In this document: one piece after another, positions 21,115 through 30,906 of the stretch
How positions within the stretch are numbered: the first letter of the stretch is position 1
Layout of the letters: the number at the start of each line of letters is the position of its first letter
Assembly: GCA_002811645.1 (NCBI GenBank)
Contig: PDIP01000177.1
Location: 1-33,108, forward strand
Direction: 5' to 3'
From: Corallochytrium limacisporum Hawaii
Taxonomy: Eukaryota; Protista; Pluriformea
Length of the DNA: 33,108 nt
Translations under genes and position numbers: made by a program
The notes under the pieces: model-generated
Told to the model about the DNA's origin: nothing
Seen by the model: only the letters and a program-made list of their open reading frames with translations
The model's database searches: none

Positions 21115-24100
21115 ATGGGGCAGCCGGGCGATACTCCTCTTTACGTGCTTCTTGTAGGATTTCACCACACTCAGGGACCAATCGCTGAGTACTGCTACCC
21201 CAACCCGTACCCTCAGGGATTTGAGGCTGAATACGAGAAAAGTAGCGACAATGGCATTGCTCTGCCGAAATTGTGGAAACACATGCCATTCCTGTGCTTG
21301 CCGGATGGGTCACATCGAACCATGAAGGACCACACATACTTTATCTTGCCTCCTCTGCCGGTGTCGGGACCCAATACAGAGTATGATCCGGAGGATGCCC
21401 AGACATTCCAAGACGCACAGGGGCATGCTATTTTTGGTGTGGCAGCCTTTGCACAGGTAAAATCGGATCTTCTGAAGGCCAAGGATGATCAGGTAACCCG
21501 AACGTTTGTGCAGAAATCGGTGGTCGTGCTGAGTCCGAAACAAGGGTTTCCCAAAGTCCGGGAACGATTGCGTCTGGTCACGGACGCCCTCTTTGCGCAG
21601 AAAGACTTTTCCATGCTCGATCTTCTACATCAGTGTCACGCATCCATGACTCGAAGTGGCATTACGAACTTGTCACGGGCGTCAATTGTGAAGCTTACCT
21701 CGCTGGCTCGTGGTGAGCAGGGCGCAGGGAGCCAGCTAGAGGACATTGCAGAGGACGATGACGACTCGGAGCTGGAAGAGCTTGGAGGGGAGAGTCAGAG
21801 AATACCTTCATCCCGATCACGGACGGTGACTAGCGATGCCAGCCTCGAGCGCCTACCATCAGGTCTCACAATGCGCGTCCTGCGCCGTATGCGCGCGAGC
21901 CAGGGATCCGTGGTTACTCTCGATGTCAGGGATATTGAGGACAGCGAAGCGTCAGTACAGAGCGGTCTCCTCTTCTTGCGATACCACCACAAGGCCCTAG
22001 CTGTGCTGAAGGCTGTGCTGCTGGGTGCCAGCGTCGTGGTCTTTAGTAGGAACGGTGGAGCTGCCTGCTCCAACGACGTCGTTGAGCTGATGAGCTTAAT
22101 CCCCCTGGAACTGGCCAGCCTGTCACTACAGCTGTGCCCGCAGGCCCGAGCTAAGCAGGCCATTCTCAAAAACCGGAGGGAAAGGCATGGCGGGACAGAA
22201 AGCTTTAGGATGGCGACAGTGATGCAGGAGGACAGCGTGGAGCGCCAGCGGGACACAGCCATGCCCCTACAGCTGGTGCATCACAGCGGTCTCTTGTTTC
22301 AACCGTACGTATGCATTCAGGAGATGGACGATATCAAGGCGGCCAGCACATATATTGTGGGCACATCGAATCAGATGATAACTGAACTGGCCGAGCCAGA
22401 TGTGTTGATGCTGTGCGAAAAGAAGGATGAGTTTGCATCCAGAAACTCGGGCCCTTTGGTGAAGAAAATCCAGCAGCAGGAGGACAACGGAAGATCTTCG
22501 CTGGGCGCCTCACCGGACCAGAGTTCAACATCCAGCATTGATGATCTTCTTAATGAAGGCCGTGTGGAGTTCCGCTCAAAGAAAATGAGAGAGCTGTGCA
22601 TCCTGACCACTTCGGACTTCCGTTTTGCGGATTATATTGTGCGTGCCGTGCAGGAGCACCGGGCCGGCGAGATTCGAGAGGCTCAAGAGGCCCAGGAGGC
22701 TGTCAAGCAGAGGCAGCGAGACCTGGACCGTGAACGCTGCCCCACAACTGCAGAGAACCGTTCGGTTACAGACACGGGCGGCGCCGATTTGAAGCGGCAG
22801 TCTGGATCGGCCACTGGTAATGTGCCACGGGCCCCGACGCGACTGAAGGACTTGAGCACCGAGACACGATACAAGGGTAGCGACGAGTGGGTTCGCCATC
22901 AGTGTCATGAATACATCCTCCGCTTGCTGTCTTGTATGCGAAGGGCTGGATATCTGGACTGTGAAATTAGCGAGCACGGTGTCTTTGCGAAGGACCACGA
23001 AGGCTTCCGCATTTGGGCCTCGCGACAATCTTCGGAGGTAGAGGACGAAGATGCTGACCCGTCCGCACTGGATATGCAGGGCCCTTCGCTAGATAAGCGT
23101 GCGACATCCAAGACGTTGCCCGCGTCGACCGATGAGACAAGCGATCGCAGCCGTAGCAGTGTCGGATCAGCCTACGGTATGGGAAGCGATCCTGCAATCC
23201 TGTCTTTTCGACGGCGTGATCATGGCAAGGTCCGGTCCTACGGCAGTCAGTGGACGAACGAGTTTGCGAAGACCCCTGTGTACAAGCGCTGGTGTAGTGT
23301 TGTGGCCGCGCGGGAAGCCCTGGAATTTGCGGCCGCCGACGGACACAGTCCGACGCGCAGCGATTCCGGGCACTCGTTGTCGCAATCGCAAGGCCCTGGT
23401 GGTTGCTTGCGGGTGCCGAGGGTTGTGGCAAAACACCCCGGTGACGAGCCAGAAATGGGCCAAGGCGGTTTCTTCGGTGACGTTGCGCAGCGGCTCAAGG
23501 CCGGTGACCTGCACTTTACACCCGTTTTCCGCGATGATCTGGCGCACTCTGCTAAGGCTACAGCCGTGAGCATTACAAAGGGCGTTGAGGGGCTATTCGG
23601 TAGAGTCCTGGGTGCGGCCAAGACTGTGACGGAACCGATACAGCACCGCAACACTCCGAGATCTGGAACAGCCTACGGCCAGGGTGGCAGCAGCAGCACA
23701 GAAGATAGTCTGGCCGTCCCCGAGGTCGGCGAGGCGACCCGCACACGCAAAGGCAGTGAGCACAGCACGACCAGCATTAGTAGCTCTAGTAATATCAAGC
23801 AATCGTTGCAGCAAGGGTGGTCTGGTCTCAGGTCGATGCTGCCGGGTGCAAGCTCAGCAGGCGACACCAGCAAGAAATCCGACAGTGTGTCACATTCGTC
23901 GTCACGATCCAGCGTAGGGACCGGAACCGATGGACAAATGTCAAGACCACTATCGCACTCTGAACGGCCCAAGAACCGGCCTCCTCCGGTGCCCATGGTT
24001 GCACCTGATGACGGTACATACATGGAGAGCCCTGCGGACAGTCCCTTAGATCTGCTGAAAGAGGACATTGACGTCCAGGGCCTTACCCATGGCAACGGTG

Positions 24101-24165
24101 AAGGATCCGCAAAGGGCAACAACTCAGAACGGCCGCATCGTCCAGCCCCGCCGCCGCCACCATAG
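21115..24165 (+). CDS. AVL9: Late secretory pathway protein AVL9 (DENN-related), 1016 aa
   Basis: Hallmarks: LLVGFHHTQGPIAEYCYP, WKHMPFLCLPDGSH, IFGVAAFAQV, VTRTFVQKSVVVLS, RLRLVTDALFAQKDFS, FQPYVCIQEMD, YIVGTSN, LTTSDFRFAD, YKGSDEWVRHQCHEYILRLL. Confidence 0.95.
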   Translation: MGQPGDTPLYVLLVGFHHTQGPIAEYCYPNPYPQGFEAEYEKSSDNGIALPKLWKHMPFLCLPDGSHRTMKDHTYFILPPLPVSGPNTEYDPEDAQTFQDAQGHAIFGVAAFAQVKSDLLKAKDDQVTRTFVQKSVVVLSPKQGFPKVRERLRLVTDALFAQKDFSMLDLLHQCHASMTRSGITNLSRASIVKLTSLARGEQGAGSQLEDIAEDDDDSELEELGGESQRIPSSRSRTVTSDASLERLPSGLTMRVLRRMRASQGSVVTLDVRDIEDSEASVQSGLLFLRYHHKALAVLKAVLLGASVVVFSRNGGAACSNDVVELMSLIPLELASLSLQLCPQARAKQAILKNRRERHGGTESFRMATVMQEDSVERQRDTAMPLQLVHHSGLLFQPYVCIQEMDDIKAASTYIVGTSNQMITELAEPDVLMLCEKKDEFASRNSGPLVKKIQQQEDNGRSSLGASPDQSSTSSIDDLLNEGRVEFRSKKMRELCILTTSDFRFADYIVRAVQEHRAGEIREAQEAQEAVKQRQRDLDRERCPTTAENRSVTDTGGADLKRQSGSATGNVPRAPTRLKDLSTETRYKGSDEWVRHQCHEYILRLLSCMRRAGYLDCEISEHGVFAKDHEGFRIWASRQSSEVEDEDADPSALDMQGPSLDKRATSKTLPASTDETSDRSRSSVGSAYGMGSDPAILSFRRRDHGKVRSYGSQWTNEFAKTPVYKRWCSVVAAREALEFAAADGHSPTRSDSGHSLSQSQGPGGCLRVPRVVAKHPGDEPEMGQGGFFGDVAQRLKAGDLHFTPVFRDDLAHSAKATAVSITKGVEGLFGRVLGAAKTVTEPIQHRNTPRSGTAYGQGGSSSTEDSLAVPEVGEATRTRKGSEHSTTSISSSSNIKQSLQQGWSGLRSMLPGASSAGDTSKKSDSVSHSSSRSSVGTGTDGQMSRPLSHSERPKNRPPPVPMVAPDDGTYMESPADSPLDLLKEDIDVQGLTHGNGEGSAKGNNSERPHRPAPPPPP

Positions 24166-24278
24166 TGAATCAGCTTCCTACCAACGGGACAAACGGTTCC
24201 TTACCCTTTTCCGTACATATAGCAATTTGACACCTTGGCTATTGATTGTATTCGTACTAGTGAACTGTATTTTCAAAT

Positions 24279-27200
24279 CTATAGCAGATCCTGCAGCTTA
24301 ATGTTTCGTCGCACAGCGTTTGTGACACCCTCATTGTACTTGTACCACAGCGGATGAGTCGCCAGGAAGTGTTCTTTGCCTGTCTTGCGGCGCTTCTCGC
24401 CGCCGGCATCTGACTCGATGATGCGACCGAAAAAGTCCCTGCGCACGACCGTGATCGAGTCTGCAGAAACTTTCTTCTTCTTGGCCTGAGCCAAAGAGAT
24501 GCCCTGTGATGCCCGGCTGTGGCCACTGGACTGGGACATGAGCTGGCTCAGCGATGTGACCGTGGCACGACCGTTGCGTGGGGTCTCCAGAACATTGGTA
24601 CTCGCATCCGTTTCCATGCCTGCATCTACGTCCTGTTCCTCCCCCTGGTGCTGATCACCATCAGCCCTTTTCTTCATCATGTTCACCAGAGCACCACCCC
24701 TTTGCTTGTGCCTACGCTCGAGCTCCTGTTGAAGTTCCTTGCGGCGGGCTTCCTTCCTTTGGATTCGCAGTTCGTGGCACTTAGAGGCCAGGATGGTTTT
24801 GGAAATTCCTGACCGAGGCTTCCGGTCACGCACCAAGGCCAATTTGGCCGCAGCAGCAGCATCCGGGTCCTCACCGCGAAGCAGTGCCTGTCGTCGAGCT
24901 TCGCGCTCTTTCCACGTCAGGCGTTGTGTAGCATCTAACCCGTGGACTGCGCGCATGGCATCCGCCGGATTGTCGGCGTAGCTGAGCATGCGGTCGATCT
25001 CAGGCACGAGCACCCATTCGTATTCGTCACCATTTGCGGTTGTGGCACTGGACGTGTTCTTGGAAGAGTCTTTGATGCCGTTATGGTTGGAAACTTTACG
25101 TTGCACCATGCTTATCCCATGGTCGAGCATTACATTGGCTGCCTGTTGAATCATCTTCCGCTCGTACCGGGGCATCATCTGCGCACTAATGCCCCGAATG
25201 GCCGGAGTGATGATGTCGTAAATGTCAGACAGGCTTTGCGTGACCGCATTGCCCATAGCGTGTCGACCGAATGAGCCCCACAGACTTCGAAGGGATTGCA
25301 CATCACCGGGGTCGACAGCGTCCGCTGGGTTGTCCTCATGCGGAGCAAGGGACACTTTGCCACTGCTCTGCACGGACTGCAGGTTAGAGTCCCGTGCATT
25401 ACGCTTGCTGATCTGTTCCTTCGGATGCAGACCCATCATAACATCACGCAGCATCTGTCGGCGTTGATGAAATTGAAAGCCTTCGTTTGGGAATTTCAGG
25501 CGCGGTACATGTTTTGCACTGCATTGCACGTGATACGCGGCAAGAGCATATGGAACGTATCGATCCATGCCTTGCACACCATCTGTATACTTCTTGTTCA
25601 TGAGAATATCACACCACGTGTTCCACTCGCCGATTTCGGGTAGATACTTCAAATTGGCATTTACGACAGGCATGGCCAAATAGTTCTCAAAGCAGCCATC
25701 CCGCAGACGCTCGTAGTCACCATTCGCATAAATAGCCTCAAGTGTACTGGCCAAATTAATGCCCACAGAGGATGTCTTGCTCTTTCTTCCGCTCTTGGCC
25801 CGATGTGTCGCGTCGAGTGGCCGTGGGACATCATCCGTATCCTGCATTCGTCGCTTCCCCTTACAGGCAGCATTGTTTCTGTCTGGTTGCCTCTTGAAAA
25901 TATGGTCCCACACTTTGAACTGATGTTCAGAGGAGTCCTTGGAAGGCAATGACGCCAAATCCTTCTGGCTTAGCAGGGTCTTACGTTGCCGGAAGAATTG
26001 AAGGGTGTGTAAACAGCTGCGCATGTCATGGTCCAGGCGACGCATAAGTGCAGTCATCGTCTTGCGGTCAACACTCAGACCTTCGAGCTGACAGATGTCG
26101 TTCAGACGATGGTACAAGGCGACTTCATTAACCTTAGCAATGTTCAGCACCAATGCTTGCTCTCTTAGTTGCTTCAAGTGCGGCACGTAGAGATTGTTGC
26201 AGATGCAAATGATAGGCCGCAACAATCCCATTCCTGCAAATTTGGCCTTTTTGCTTTTCTCTTTTTCCTTGTCCTCTAGACGCCATTTTGAGGATGAGGA
26301 GCCCTTGCTGTCACCACGGTCCCGACGGGAGTTAACATTGGTCCAGATACGATCTTTGTCCAACAAGCGAGTAAGGTAGCCAATGGCAGCCCGGTCAGCA
26401 CCATCGATTTCGTCAATGATGAGGCAATTTGGCCTGGGGTTCTGACTACTACCCTTCACGTGGCGCATCTGAACCGCCGAGTACACCTTTTCTGAAAAGA
26501 CAGAGTACTGCCGATCATCACTGGCATTCATTTCCACAGGTTCATAGCCGCAGTGTCGAGCCACGATGTGTGCCACTGTGGTCTTTCCCAGACCAGGAGG
26601 ACCAGCAATCATGATGATGCGGTGTTGAGGGCGGCGCATGGAATCGTTCCGCTCCATAATCGGCTTCTCGCGCTCCAGCTTGGCCTTTAGACTATTCCGG
26701 TTCTGTCCTTTGTCGTGTTGAGAAAACAATGTAGAGGAGTCTGAATTCACGTTGGACCGCTTCTGTCCGGTCAGCCCTTTGTTAAGAAGCACTTTCTTGG
26801 GACCCACACCTGCGGCATGTTGCAGAGCACGTCGCTCTGCCGCGGCCTCGACGTTGGCCCGCATACGCTCCAGGGCAATCGTACCCTCATTGGGTATAAA
26901 AGTCACCTCCCCCTTCTGCACCTTTGTGCCATCACTGATCATTGTTTGTGCATGAATGCCCGTGAGCTCACCAAAGCAGCAATAGTTCCACGCCTTGAGC
27001 CAGCCCAGAAGGCGCAAGTTGAGACTGTCATCACTAATCAACTGTGCAAAAGTTTTTGGAGAGTACTTGTCAACCCAAAGTTTGTGTTCCCGTAATCCGC
27101 TTTCCGGGTCCACGAAATCTACTGCCTGTCGCTCTGCCATACTTACACTGGCAAGCAATTGCTCCTGACGTCTGCGCTCATCGTTCTCTGCTCGTAGATC

Positions 27201-27722
27201 GTCAATGCTCTTGTCCAGAAGCAGCCCATTGCGGCTCAAAGAGCGAAGATAGGAGCTCTGGTCCTCAAGCGACGCTGTGATAGCTACACCACGGCGCACC
27301 TGCTTACGGGATAGATGATTTCGGTAGGTCACAAAACGGCGGGTGAAGTTAAATTCTGCAAAAACCTCGATGCTATCCTGGTTCGTGGGTCGAAACTGAT
27401 AGACTCTGCCGCTACTTGTGGGTGGGTCAATGTCGCTCTCATCTTCGTCAGTGTCTACACCCGCCACATTGACCTGATTTGGGGCGGAAGGTGGAGGATT
27501 TTTGGCATTTTCTGCGTCGAGAAGAGCTTCAAATTCTTCATCATCGATATCGTCCGCCACCGACGGAATGTCTTCCAAGTCACTGAAATTGTCTGGCATC
27601 TCCATTTGATTGCAGTCTGCATTTTCCTTGCCTGTTGAAGAACTTTCCATTCCCGTCTTCACCATTTCCTGAGCATTGAGGAACGCCTCGGCCTCTGCGG
27701 CCATCCGCTCGTACTCATCCAT
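24279..27722 (-). CDS. CTF18: Chromosome transmission fidelity protein 18 (alternative RFC large subunit, AAA+), ~1147 aa
   Basis: LWVDKYSPKTFAQLISD, Walker A GPPGLGKTT, EMNASDDR, Walker B RPNCLIIDEIDG, RPIICICNNLY, DMRSCLHTLQF, RDFFGR and the diagnostic C-terminus WYKYNEGVTNAVRRNIKLQDLL. Start placed at MDEYE (27722, ACCATGG context); ATG 27800 is an alternative. Confidence 0.97.
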   Translation of the reverse strand: MDEYERMAAEAEAFLNAQEMVKTGMESSSTGKENADCNQMEMPDNFSDLEDIPSVADDIDDEEFEALLDAENAKNPPPSAPNQVNVAGVDTDEDESDIDPPTSSGRVYQFRPTNQDSIEVFAEFNFTRRFVTYRNHLSRKQVRRGVAITASLEDQSSYLRSLSRNGLLLDKSIDDLRAENDERRRQEQLLASVSMAERQAVDFVDPESGLREHKLWVDKYSPKTFAQLISDDSLNLRLLGWLKAWNYCCFGELTGIHAQTMISDGTKVQKGEVTFIPNEGTIALERMRANVEAAAERRALQHAAGVGPKKVLLNKGLTGQKRSNVNSDSSTLFSQHDKGQNRNSLKAKLEREKPIMERNDSMRRPQHRIIMIAGPPGLGKTTVAHIVARHCGYEPVEMNASDDRQYSVFSEKVYSAVQMRHVKGSSQNPRPNCLIIDEIDGADRAAIGYLTRLLDKDRIWTNVNSRRDRGDSKGSSSSKWRLEDKEKEKSKKAKFAGMGLLRPIICICNNLYVPHLKQLREQALVLNIAKVNEVALYHRLNDICQLEGLSVDRKTMTALMRRLDHDMRSCLHTLQFFRQRKTLLSQKDLASLPSKDSSEHQFKVWDHIFKRQPDRNNAACKGKRRMQDTDDVPRPLDATHRAKSGRKSKTSSVGINLASTLEAIYANGDYERLRDGCFENYLAMPVVNANLKYLPEIGEWNTWCDILMNKKYTDGVQGMDRYVPYALAAYHVQCSAKHVPRLKFPNEGFQFHQRRQMLRDVMMGLHPKEQISKRNARDSNLQSVQSSGKVSLAPHEDNPADAVDPGDVQSLRSLWGSFGRHAMGNAVTQSLSDIYDIITPAIRGISAQMMPRYERKMIQQAANVMLDHGISMVQRKVSNHNGIKDSSKNTSSATTANGDEYEWVLVPEIDRMLSYADNPADAMRAVHGLDATQRLTWKEREARRQALLRGEDPDAAAAAKLALVRDRKPRSGISKTILASKCHELRIQRKEARRKELQQELERRHKQRGGALVNMMKKRADGDQHQGEEQDVDAGMETDASTNVLETPRNGRATVTSLSQLMSQSSGHSRASQGISLAQAKKKKVSADSITVVRRDFFGRIIESDAGGEKRRKTGKEHFLATHPLWYKYNEGVTNAVRRNIKLQDLL

Positions 27723-28182
27723 GGTTACGTAAACGCGTAAAGGGTTTCCTAGATCATGATCAGTTCTTGCCCAGGAGAGCCCTTCACCGATGTGAATCAT
27801 TTTCGTCAACTCCTGTGATAAACTGTATCAAATACATAGTCAAGTACCAGTCCATGCAAAAACGCAAATGAAAATGTAGGCAAGCGAGCTAAGTTGCAGA
27901 AACTCCGTCCCACCAATCGTCGTGGTGCTGCCAAGCGGTGAGACTCAGGGAATACCCAGCGTCCTTCTCCCTGTGCGCTCCTCTGTGTCAGGGATTCCAA
28001 CTTTTTCGCGCCCAAAGTGGGCCCCTTCCCCTTCCCGTCCTGCACCCGCAGAACCGACCTTCACTTGTTCACAAGAAGGGTGGTACTGGTACCACCGTCA
28101 AAGGGAAGAGAGCTGGGAGTCTGTTTCTTTCCGCCGAGGGCCCGGAGAAAAAAGTCCCCCCCGCCCCCCCCGGGGGGGGGGG

Positions 28183-28251
28183 NNNNNNNNNNNNNNNNNN
28201 NNNNNNNNNNNNNNNNNNNNNNNNNNNNNNNNNNNNNNNNNNNNNNNNNNN
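28183..28251. other. Assembly gap (N run)
   Basis: Ns, with a C-run/G-run on both flanks. Confidence 1.
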
Positions 28252-28449
28252 CCCCCCCCCCCCCCCGGGGGGGGGGGGGGGCGGCGGGTCCACAATCATT
28301 GCAAAGTGGTGGTACGAAGAGGACCAAACGATTCTCATATGGGTACGATGTTATGTCATGATACGAGTGTATTCTGATTGTGTGGTCTGATTGAAAAGAA
28401 CGATTGTCTGTACTTATGGGTGAGTGCGTGTGTGTGATTACAGAGCCAC

Positions 28450-29457
28450 CTAGAGGCGGCTAGCATTAAGGTAAGGGGTGGTCCGCTTGACGGTTTTCCA
28501 GACCTTGTGGCTTTGTTCCAAATGTTCCTCAAGTTTCTCGTTAACAATCCGTTCGTGCTCTCCGATGACTCCGTGACCACCGTCTGCAATGATGAGGAGC
28601 TCACCTCCAAGATGCTCATGCAGCCAGGTTGAGTTCGCGGGACGAATGAGACTATCAGAGTCACCGCACATGACCAGAATAGGCACTTCACTCTTCCTGA
28701 CCATAGCAGCGCGTGAGGAGGTGAACCAGTGGCGTGATCCAGCCATCATATGGCTGATACGTCCTGCGGGAGAGGCAGCTCCCAAGTAGTACACCCGTGC
28801 CTGGTCCTTCATGAGCATGGTCACGAACTCCGTGTTCGCCCGCGTGACATCTGAATACAGAAACTGTGCTGCAAGCGTGGCCCTCTGCTTAGGATCGGTA
28901 GACATGACGGCCCGGAAGAAGTCCCAAAGCATAGAGACACCAGGCCAGTAGGACGGGGTCATCATACCTGCAGTGGTGTTCAGTAGGCTCACACTGATGG
29001 CCTTCTCCGTGTGCCAGTAAGCAAATTCCTGAGCAATCATGCCGCCCATACTGATACCAACGATGTGTGCTTGATCCCATCCAAGGTGCTCCATGAGCTT
29101 GGACAGGTCATCTGCCATCTGCTTGGTGGTATTAAAGATCGAAGGCACTGAGGACTCACCACAACCACGGTTATCGTAAGCCAGGATATCGTAGTCACCC
29201 TTATTCATAAAGTAATAGATCTGTCTCTTCCACGCCTCGCAGCGCATGCCCAGACCCATGATCAGTACCAGTTTCTTCTCAGCAGAAGCGTTACCATACA
29301 AATGGTACTTGACCCTCACATCTCCATAGAAACCCTTGTCCACAGGTGCGAAGTCACGCACGCGCGGGACAGGAAAGTGCTCAGAGCCGAATCCCGGGAA
29401 GCGGGTACCTACCGGGTAATCATGCACTATGTGTGTGTGAGGATCAGAAGCTACCAT
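28450..29457 (-). CDS. Alpha/beta-fold hydrolase (Abhydrolase_1 type) with C-terminal PTS1 -SRL, ~335 aa
   Basis: Oxyanion region LIMGLG, YDNRGCGES, nucleophile elbow GISMGG, acid in CGDSDSLI, His in GGHGV. ATG at 29457 in ACCATGG context; the ORF-track start is a GTG. Confidence 0.92.
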   Translation of the reverse strand: MVASDPHTHIVHDYPVGTRFPGFGSEHFPVPRVRDFAPVDKGFYGDVRVKYHLYGNASAEKKLVLIMGLGMRCEAWKRQIYYFMNKGDYDILAYDNRGCGESSVPSIFNTTKQMADDLSKLMEHLGWDQAHIVGISMGGMIAQEFAYWHTEKAISVSLLNTTAGMMTPSYWPGVSMLWDFFRAVMSTDPKQRATLAAQFLYSDVTRANTEFVTMLMKDQARVYYLGAASPAGRISHMMAGSRHWFTSSRAAMVRKSEVPILVMCGDSDSLIRPANSTWLHEHLGGELLIIADGGHGVIGEHERIVNEKLEEHLEQSHKVWKTVKRTTPYLNASRL

Positions 29458-30906
29458 GGTTATGAGTTGTGCCTTACTCGTATGTATTGAGATGTAATGC
29501 ACGCTGTGTATCGCTCATAACATCTCGCTACCATGTCCTGATATTCTTCGTTTCAATACCTTGTCCTTCCTCTGCGGACAACATCCCGCCCCCCTTCACC
29601 AGCGACCGGTCGAAGGATCTGTTGCCTGCAGCGGACACGGGCGGCGTGTTTGGGGTGTGTACGTGTCGGTTGGTTTCAAGGACCGGTGCTTTCCTATGCT
29701 CGTACAATAGCACTCCATCTGCGCAATGGTGACGGGTGGAACACCTGCGAGTGCGTAGTGTTTTCTATTTTTGTGGCTCTCCGTTCAAACGACGTGAACC
29801 CGTCCAAGGAGGAACGGACTCAAGGAAACGCACGGAGTGAAACGCGTGCGAGAACCGAGCGAACACAGGAAGCTGAACGGGGCAAATAAAATCTTCCCTT
29901 CTGATATTCATGCAACACACACATCCACTCGACACGGACCAGGGAAAGTTCTGTGGCGGCTGCTGACCCCTAACGTCGACCCCACCGACTCGCCAGAGAT
30001 TGTTCCTGTCCTTCCCAATCACTCTCTGACCCAAGAATTGAGTGACACAGCAGCGGCCGTGGACCACAGAAAGAAAGGTTTTCTTCTTTTCTGCCAAATT
30101 TCACCAGCAAGCCGTCTCACTTCCCCACCACCCAACCGGGCCACCCAATAGTTGGACAACCACCGCGGATGATTGTGTACGGTTGGTTAGGATCTATTTG
30201 GAGTTTTGGGTATGTGCAGATGTGTTCTATGCCTGCCATTGGGTGATATGCCGGTACACTATGTACTGGGAGTATGTGGTGGAAATGTGAGTTCCAGGAA
30301 GGGAACTAAGTATGCTGTTGATCCTTGCTCAATCAAAGGCACAGACAAGGGGGGGTTTCGAGCTGGGAACGTTAAAAACTTTATAGTAAAAGTACTAGAA
30401 AAGTTCCCAGCCAGAAACACCTTGGGAAAGCCGTGGACGCTGGCTCTCGATGGTTCGTTGCCGTCCGCCTTACGTTTTCGAAGTCCCTTCGGTTGCGGTT
30501 CCATAGTGAACATATGGATCAGGCAAAGGTCAGGTGACAACAGGGAGACTTCCTGCCTTTCGCTGGCGGGCGGGAAGGGGTTTGTGCACTTTCCTCGCTG
30601 TAAGTGCTCCCAGCATACGGACGTCTGCGGTTGTCCCGCAGAGAGTTCGGGGTGCCAGTGCGGTCGTTTCATGCCGGCGCCGATTCGGTTTCTGACTTCT
30701 GAGGATGCCCTTTTGATCCTTTTAGGATGGCGGTGAGGGCACAGAGGAACAGTGGATCAAGGCACTTGCCACATGGTAGCAGCGTTCATGCTAAAGGATA
30801 CGTGTTGCAACGTTGGTATCGTCTGTACTAATACATATGTACCGAGGTAACTTTGCCTAGGTTGATGGCCATGGTGATTCTTGTACTAAGAAAGAAATTA
30901 AGTTTT

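Noticed and set aside
30206-30736. 176-aa Cys/Gly-rich plus ORF between the hydrolases
   Set aside because: No family pattern or codon bias, and no similarity to the flanking hydrolases, so it is not a third copy.
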